The notes beneath the pieces are model-generated. The model was not told where the DNA came from. It saw only the letters and a program-made list of their open reading frames with translations, and did no database searches. The position numbers and the translations under genes were made by a program. Positions 57,956 to 64,000 of a stretch of DNA of 64,000 nucleotides are shown piece after piece; positions within the stretch are counted from its first letter, which is position 1; each line of letters starts with the position of its first letter. The DNA is from Saccostrea cucullata (lineage: Eukaryota). The stretch spans positions 372,001-436,000 of the forward strand of contig NW_026937312.1 in NCBI RefSeq assembly GCF_032062105.1. Reading direction: 5' to 3'.

Positions 57956-58162
57956 CTGTATACAGGGTTATTTTCGCCCCGTGTTATTTCCGCCCTTTTG
58001 TACTTGCGAACAATTTTGCCCCGTTTTAAATTCGCCCAGTCATAGTTTTGTTTAAGAAATCATGCTGTGTAATTAGAATTCGCACCGTTTTAAATTCGCC
58101 CAATCAGGAAGAGGGCGATAGGGGCGAAAATAAAACGGGGGCGAAAATTTCCCTGTATACAG
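57956..58162. mobile_element. 207-bp Tc1/mariner-type MITE with a TA TSD
   Basis: TA|CTGTATACAGGG..TTTTCGCCCC ... GGGGCGAAAA..CCCTGTATACAG|TA. Empty site TTCTATTA|TTATCTC in the paralog at about 48680. Confidence 0.9.
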
Positions 58163-58495
58163 TATTATCTCTTCAAGATCGCGTACTGTGATCAATCTCC
58201 AAAGTAATTTACAACTAAAACAAATCTGTTAACAGATCATAAAATAGGGACTTCCAGAATAGGGATGCCTAGGGGTAGAAAGCGTCTTTTGTTGCCCGTT
58301 CACAATGTACTAGTATTTAAAAAAGACAATTAGTTTTGACTACGCCAGCTAAAACAACATCCAATAACAGGTTATATTTGTAAATAAGGTCTTTAAAACA
58401 ACCATAAAATTTACGATTTGTTAAACGAGGTTTATAAATACATGTAACATCAACTTATCTGTCTTTATCCTGGTTGTAAGTGGCATATAGTAATA

Positions 58496-58704
58496 CTGCG
58501 AAATCACAATATTTCGTTGGGGTTTAATTTTCGTGGTTTTCGTGGTGTGAAGAGACCCACGAATTCATGTCCAACACGAAATGTAAAATGTGACATACAT
58601 TACTACTCAACAATTCTACAACAACAAAATCAAATCCCCACGAACCAAGAGTTTTTTCTTCAAACCACGAAAATTTGACACCACGAAAATATGTGATTTT
58701 ACAG
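58496..58704. mobile_element. 209-bp Tc1/mariner-type MITE with a TA TSD
   Basis: TA|CTGCGAAATCACA.TATTTCGT ... ACGAAAATATGTGATTTTACAG|TA. Empty site TAGTAATA|ATTCAGCC in the paralog at about 49051. Confidence 0.88.
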
Positions 58705-59080
58705 TAATTCAGCCAAGTCTTTCCATCGTCTCGTAAAATAAATTAAAATTGCGATATAAATGGTCTTTTATTATAACAAGTTGTAAAAAATAATATACAT
58801 GTATTTAAAAAATAACAGACATACAACATTCATGAAAAGTAAACCCGTGTACATGCAGTCCTGATCACATAAAGTTCTAATTGAAATTATAGCAAACTTT
58901 TAACATTAAAAGTAAGTAAATTTAAAAGTAAGTTATCTACACAATTATATATGACTCTTTCTTCGGAGTAGGTGTAAAAATTCACGGTACAATATTTTCC
59001 ATTTCTTGCCATTGTCCATCTCGCTTGATGCAAACCCTACTTTAAACAATCATTTCTGACGCCTTGTCGCTTGCTATCCT

Positions 59081-59275
59081 CACCGTATGTTCCACTTGCC
59101 GGATTTCCAGTAGTGTCCCAGGACCTTATGGGCTGTCCGCCGGATCACAGTATGTTCCACTTGCCGGATTTCCAGTAGTGTCCCAGGACCTTATGGGCTG
59201 TCCGCCGGATCACAGTATGTTCCACTTGCCGGATTTCCAGTAGTGACCCAGGACCTTATGAGCTGTCCGCCGGAT
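59081..59275 (-). repeat. 65-bp tandem triplication of the last 21 codons plus stop of HEAT copy 3
   Basis: Units at 59081-59145, 59146-59210 and 59211-59275. Confidence 0.92.
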
Positions 59276-59599
59276 CTGGGCGTCGCTGTCCCTGTTAAAC
59301 AGTTCCAGGGACTCGGCTACCTGTGTCTCCAGGTGAGCCGGGGATCCGTCACAGAGAGTGTGGAGCACCTGTCTCCTGACCTGGGGGTCAGCATCGTCTA
59401 CCATCTCCAGCACCCGCGCCCAAAAGTCACTCAAGTCCTTTTTAACCCTGCAGGGACACATTTCTACCAGAGCTGTCCTCCTTACACGTGCATTTTCGTG
59501 TTTTGTTAGTTCGATTATGACGTCAATATCGGTAGTTTCTTTGCATAATCGCACAGCAGTGTTGACTGGAAGTTCACTCGGAGGCGGCCTGTTTTCCAT
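59210..59599 (-). CDS. Small HEAT-repeat protein, copy 3 (129 aa from the ATG at 59599)
   Basis: Differs from copy 1 at 3 amino acids. The 171-aa track ORF starts at an upstream TTG that is not supported by the paralogs. Confidence 0.87.
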   Translation of the reverse strand: MENRPPPSELPVNTAVRLCKETTDIDVIIELTKHENARVRRTALVEMCPCRVKKDLSDFWARVLEMVDDADPQVRRQVLHTLCDGSPAHLETQVAESLELFNRDSDAQIRRTAHKVLGHYWKSGKWNIL

Positions 59600-59823
59600 T
59601 TTTTCTTGAGATTTTCTACACAAAGTTAAGTATAATACTTTGTAATTTTTTACGGCTACATTGCCGATACTAAAATAAGTCTTTTCTCCTCTGCTTTTAT
59701 AATCATCCAGGTTGTTATTTCTCAACAGAGTGAAAGCTTATGTCCAACGGTTGTGCAATAACAGCGTGTTCCTCAAAAATCAATTAGAGTTATCCCTCTT
59801 TGACTTTGCTGCAACAGATTATG

Positions 59824-60141
59824 TATGGCACGCCATATTTGCAAAAATGAGCTAAACATAGTTTCACAGTTGATAAACTAGGTTTATCGACTGCAAACTA
59901 TAGTTTAATATATGTATAATCCATGTTTTTATCTCAAATGATTGTTTTCAGTGTTAAGTATAGTTTACGGTTCTGAAACATAGATTATCGCGTTAACTAT
60001 GGTTTACAGATGTAAAACATAGATTAACGTTGTTAACTGTATATAGTTTACAATCCATAAACTATAGTTTACAACCGAAAAACCTAGTTTATCGACTGTG
60101 AAACTATTTTTAGGTCATTTCTGTGAATTTGGCCTGCCATA
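59824..60141. mobile_element. 318-bp MITE with TATGGCA...TGCCATA termini and internal AAAC(T/A)TAGTTT subrepeats
   Basis: Imperfect TIRs of about 60 bp; it interrupts the upstream homology shared with HEAT copies 1 and 2. Confidence 0.75.
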
Positions 60142-61379
60142 GATATGAATTATTGGTGTTCGTATTTCTTTAAAAGAATATTCAATCAATTAACACTGGT
60201 AAAACTTTACGCATATTGCAACTAAAGCGGACTGTTCTTTTTTTAAACTGATTTGTTTTTAATATATTTTGTTATGTTATAGATACATAAATGGATAAAA
60301 ATAAAATGAAATATGTGGAGATAACGAACAGTTAAACAAATCAACTTTATCATGATCATATCTTCATCGACAAAATGTTTACCACATTATTATCACAGCA
60401 AAATACAGACATTATTTGATAAAGCCAATTCTTAATCCGTGTCTAGATTTTCGAGCTCAAAAGTCCATTTTTTTAAACATTTCAAAACAGGATTAGAGCA
60501 AACACGGAACTCTAAAACATCAGATATGGGATCAGGAGCCATGGAGGAATGAGTATTCCCTGCCGACCGGTCACACCCGCCGTGTTCATGGCATGTTCTG
60601 AAGGGCGATGGAAACATCTGCGGACAACTCAGTGTGTAAATGGCCTAAAAGCAATGCTTATTATAGTTAACAATATAAGGTCCAATTTAACGTGTCATGA
60701 TGAAGATATTAAATACATGTTTGAAAAAAATCCATATAACTGCAATAAACAAAGTAACTTTATTATTTTTTGGAAGGTAAACTGGCATTAAATCAGATCA
60801 TTAAAAAAAATGTATCAGATCGATCCAGTTTTATGCAGAAAAGGTTTAGAGCGAAATGATTTTCTTTCCATTTTAAAATTATTCAATAGGTTAGAAAATA
60901 TCGTATCACATCGCTCCAATAACTTTAAAAATATATATATAATCTTAAAAGAAAAAAAATCATTATAAAGTTTAGTTTAATTGATTATAAATGAAAATAA
61001 TATATATACGAATTGTCATTAAATCAATTTCACATTAATTCAGATTTTATAAATTAACGATTGTTTCCACCAACCAAACATATCATATAATGCCACCATA
61101 AATCAAAAATATACATAAAGTCAATGTGTAAATGGAAAGCAACGCAACTATATTTAATTCTTAAATTTTCCAAACTTAAGAAGAGTACAGGAGTTTCCGG
61201 GCCTTTCTGTGGAGGTTTCTCCGTTTTCCGGTATAAGTGTTATAATCCACTGAATAGATCCGGTGACACACATACTAGAGAATACTTTATATTACACTGC
61301 ACTAAGTATTAGATAACTGTTTGATGCAGAATGCTCAAGACTTTCCACATGTAAAAGTGAGTGATAAATAAAATTTAAA

Positions 61380-62471
61380 ATGGAGAGTTGTTTTCAATGG
61401 ATTGAAACAAAGTACGGTCTTAATGCCAACTCCTCCATGACAGAATTGAACAAGGTATTCAGGGATTGGAATATGGCCGCTCTTGTTTTCATTGGTGTCC
61501 TTATTCTGCCGGGAATCATGGGAAATTCTTTAGTGATCGCCATTTTTTACAAGGATTTTAAAAAATCGGCATACCGAACATTTGTTCTCTGGCTCGCTGT
61601 TCTGGATCTAGCTGGTTGTATTATTGTTATGCCGTATTTAATGATAAATTTAATAACCCCTGTATCTATGGACAACGAAATTATCTGTAAAGTTGGAAAA
61701 TTTTTGTCGTACACCATTATGATGACGTCATATTTTATTCTGGTCATAATAGCACTGGACAGGTACCGCAAAATTTGTAGACCACATTCACTACAAATCC
61801 TTCAGTCCCAAACATCAAGGTATTGTTTAGGCATGTTAACAGTCTCCGTGATAATTTCAGTTCCTGCGCCGATTCTTTACGGAAACAGTAGCCTCGAGAT
61901 CGGAATTCCCGGATTGAAGGCCACACGATGCTTCACTATGGACAAGTACAAGGGTACTCCAGCACATCTTTTGTACTATGCTGTGATTAATGTTCTGGGA
62001 GCCACAGTGACCTTTATCATTTCGGTGCTGTATATTCTAGTCATCAAAAGAATCAGATATCAATTCCATCAAAAGAAACATGAAATATTTCCAAATATTC
62101 GCAGAAATGAAAAATTGACTCAGAACGCAAATACTTCCGAGGAGAAAATAAACCGGAAGTTGATAAGGACCACGGTGACATTACTTGCTGTGACTATTTT
62201 ATTTGTTCTAACAATATTCCCACATACCGTGCTTTCTCTAATTGATTATTCTGTGAAGAACTTCTTCTGTCGGTTGTCTTTTGAAGAAGGTGTGGTCTTC
62301 AATTTCGCTATCCATTTCTTTTTGCTGAATAATGTTTTAAACTGTGTTATCTATGGGTTTACTGACAAACAGTTCAAGAGGAGGATATTGCTGCTTTTTA
62401 GGAGACAAGAGTTCAACTTGTCCGAATCAAGCGATGCAACTTCTAACAGAATAGAAGAAAAAGAGGTTTAG
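61380..62471 (+). CDS. Intronless class A (rhodopsin-like) orphan GPCR, 363 aa
   Basis: Seven hydrophobic segments; GN in TM1, LAVLD in TM2, CK at the top of TM3, DRY, P in TM6, NCVIY in TM7; N-terminal glycosylation sequon NSS. Confidence 0.93.
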   Translation: MESCFQWIETKYGLNANSSMTELNKVFRDWNMAALVFIGVLILPGIMGNSLVIAIFYKDFKKSAYRTFVLWLAVLDLAGCIIVMPYLMINLITPVSMDNEIICKVGKFLSYTIMMTSYFILVIIALDRYRKICRPHSLQILQSQTSRYCLGMLTVSVIISVPAPILYGNSSLEIGIPGLKATRCFTMDKYKGTPAHLLYYAVINVLGATVTFIISVLYILVIKRIRYQFHQKKHEIFPNIRRNEKLTQNANTSEEKINRKLIRTTVTLLAVTILFVLTIFPHTVLSLIDYSVKNFFCRLSFEEGVVFNFAIHFFLLNNVLNCVIYGFTDKQFKRRILLLFRRQEFNLSESSDATSNRIEEKEV

Positions 62472-62573
62472 ATCAAATTATTGGGCTATAATAAGTAGCA
62501 GAAACCATGTGACACCGGTTATGTATAAATCGCGTCTATTTTGTATGATTCTGATTTGTTTGTTGTTGTTGTT

Positions 62574-62609
<36 letters not shown>

Positions 62610-64000
62610 AATACTTTACGAATTTTATTGATCATAGTCATTTTGTCTGAACATGCCAATAACTTTAAGAGCAAACATGTGTCTGCCTAATAAGTATAAT
62701 GTTTGTATATCACGTGTATTTTTTCAAAATCACCCAAAATGAAGTGTGGATTGAAAAAAAAAATAAAGATTTCAGTAAAAATAATGTTTAAAGCCAAATG
62801 ATGATCTTCAGATATCAAATTTACTATTATGTGTTGATTCCTGAGTTATAAATACATAAAGCTAATTTCCCACGATATTGGTCGTATTACATAATTCTGA
62901 TATTCTGATATAGATCTGCCTATTATTTTGATCTATGTAATAGAATGCCCGGGTTTAGCAAAAATTATCACATCGGTTCGAGTTCCTGATAGAACCGTGT
63001 CATGGGAACTGAAATTCTCATACTTTGAAATGCTGATATTTTCCTATAAGACTGTCTCATATCTGTTTTATATCAGAGAGTTGATTTTGAATTTTTTGGC
63101 ACAATTAACGCAATCAATGGCTCACTCCACTGTATCTTCGTGAGTAGTTAAAAGACTGGTTCACCGTCTACAGAAGAAAACTTTTGATGGCAGTCGGATT
63201 ATCACACTTCAGACGGTCAAAGACTTGTAATGGACTTCACATCGACAAATGTTTCATCAAGATAAACAATAAACATTGTCATTTTCAATCAAAGCCATCT
63301 TCGATTCAAAAGAAACCCTTCTTCCCGAGGTTAAAGAGCATGTCATCACGTCCAGTGATCCCTATGGTATATTTGTCTGTAAATCAGTTCTATCGTCAAA
63401 CTGTCGGAGATTTGGAGGCCGCGCGCCGGGTGCACTACGTTTGATGGCTGCTCAACTGCGCCTAATCGATTTCTGATCACATCGTTAAAGATAATCAAAT
63501 TCTGATAATAAAGATAGCTGCCCTCTACAGACGATAGCCTCACAAACTTCACAGGGAGTGTATAAAATGTGATAGTCTTGTTTACGGCGTGGTATTTATG
63601 TGTAAAATAAGCTGAAATATCGGACAAAAACGCCCTTGTCTTTGATGAAGAAAGCTGATTCATAACGTTAAATTCGGGTTATGCGGCAATTTTCACTGGT
63701 CTGATAAGCAATAAAAACTTCATTTAAATTTTATAAATTTTTCAAATAATTCTTTATCAGTGATATGTAGTCTGTAGGGGTAACAAAGCCGATAAAAGTA
63801 ATCAAAAAGTTAATCTTAGAAACTACAAAGAACATAAAAGATTAAATTTTTGTAAGTAAATGTTAAAAGTTTATTTAAAAAAAAAATAACGCTGCGGTAC
63901 ATGTAAGTAGTTTTTCGCACTGTGCAGTTAAAATTCTAAAATAATTTTTTCAGGTAATTCTCTCAAGCTCATTTCTGTGTTACATTTTATTTTGAATTTA

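Larger units (their letters stand above)
44850..59810. repeat. Tandem segmental duplication carrying the HEAT gene (basic unit about 4.56 kb; second unit expanded by insertions)
   Basis: 45251-45920 matches 49812-50478; 45921-49420 matches 55507-59080 apart from MITEs and deletions; upstream homology recurs at 59600-59810. Confidence 0.9.

Noticed and set aside
44849-59609. Plus-strand ORFs antisense to the HEAT genes (44849, 45009, 49413, 49570, 59243, 59358)
   Set aside because: Shadow ORFs; the substitutions between copies are synonymous in the minus-strand HEAT frame.
59600-59725. 42-aa N-terminal extension of HEAT copy 3
   Set aside because: It begins at a TTG, is not supported by the other copies, and spans a likely splice acceptor just upstream of the ATG.
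63130-63690. GC-richer patch with three short overlapping ORFs
   Set aside because: No recognisable domain and frequent stops; possibly a pseudogene or TE fragment, needs BLASTx.

Overview
AT-rich animal genomic DNA with GT-AG introns. The repeat landscape (Helentron-like HINEs, Penelope and CR1 fragments, TTAA and TA MITEs) suggests a bivalve, probably an oyster; this is inference. Genes: (1) a complete multi-exon Sestrin on + (about 477 aa, with two candidate first exons); (2) a single-exon, about 1750-aa disordered protein with HCF-1-binding and SUMO motifs on +; (3) a cGAS-like/Mab-21 nucleotidyltransferase with an intact-looking catalytic triad fused to a C-terminal ZZ zinc finger on -; (4) three tandem, co-oriented, conserved copies of a 129-aa HEAT-repeat gene directly upstream of it; (5) an intronless class-A GPCR on +. 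Two observations stand out. One is the cGLR-ZZ plus amplified HEAT-gene cluster, a candidate innate-immune module. The other is a 5,028-bp insertion with no long ORF and a precise split-direct-repeat layout (A1...B1-A2...B2). It has no target-site duplication, its empty site is visible in the paralogous duplicate, and it looks like a young non-autonomous tyrosine-recombinase (Ngaro/PAT-like) retroelement carrying a 170-bp satellite-like array. All coordinates were read by eye; repeat boundaries may be off by a few bases.
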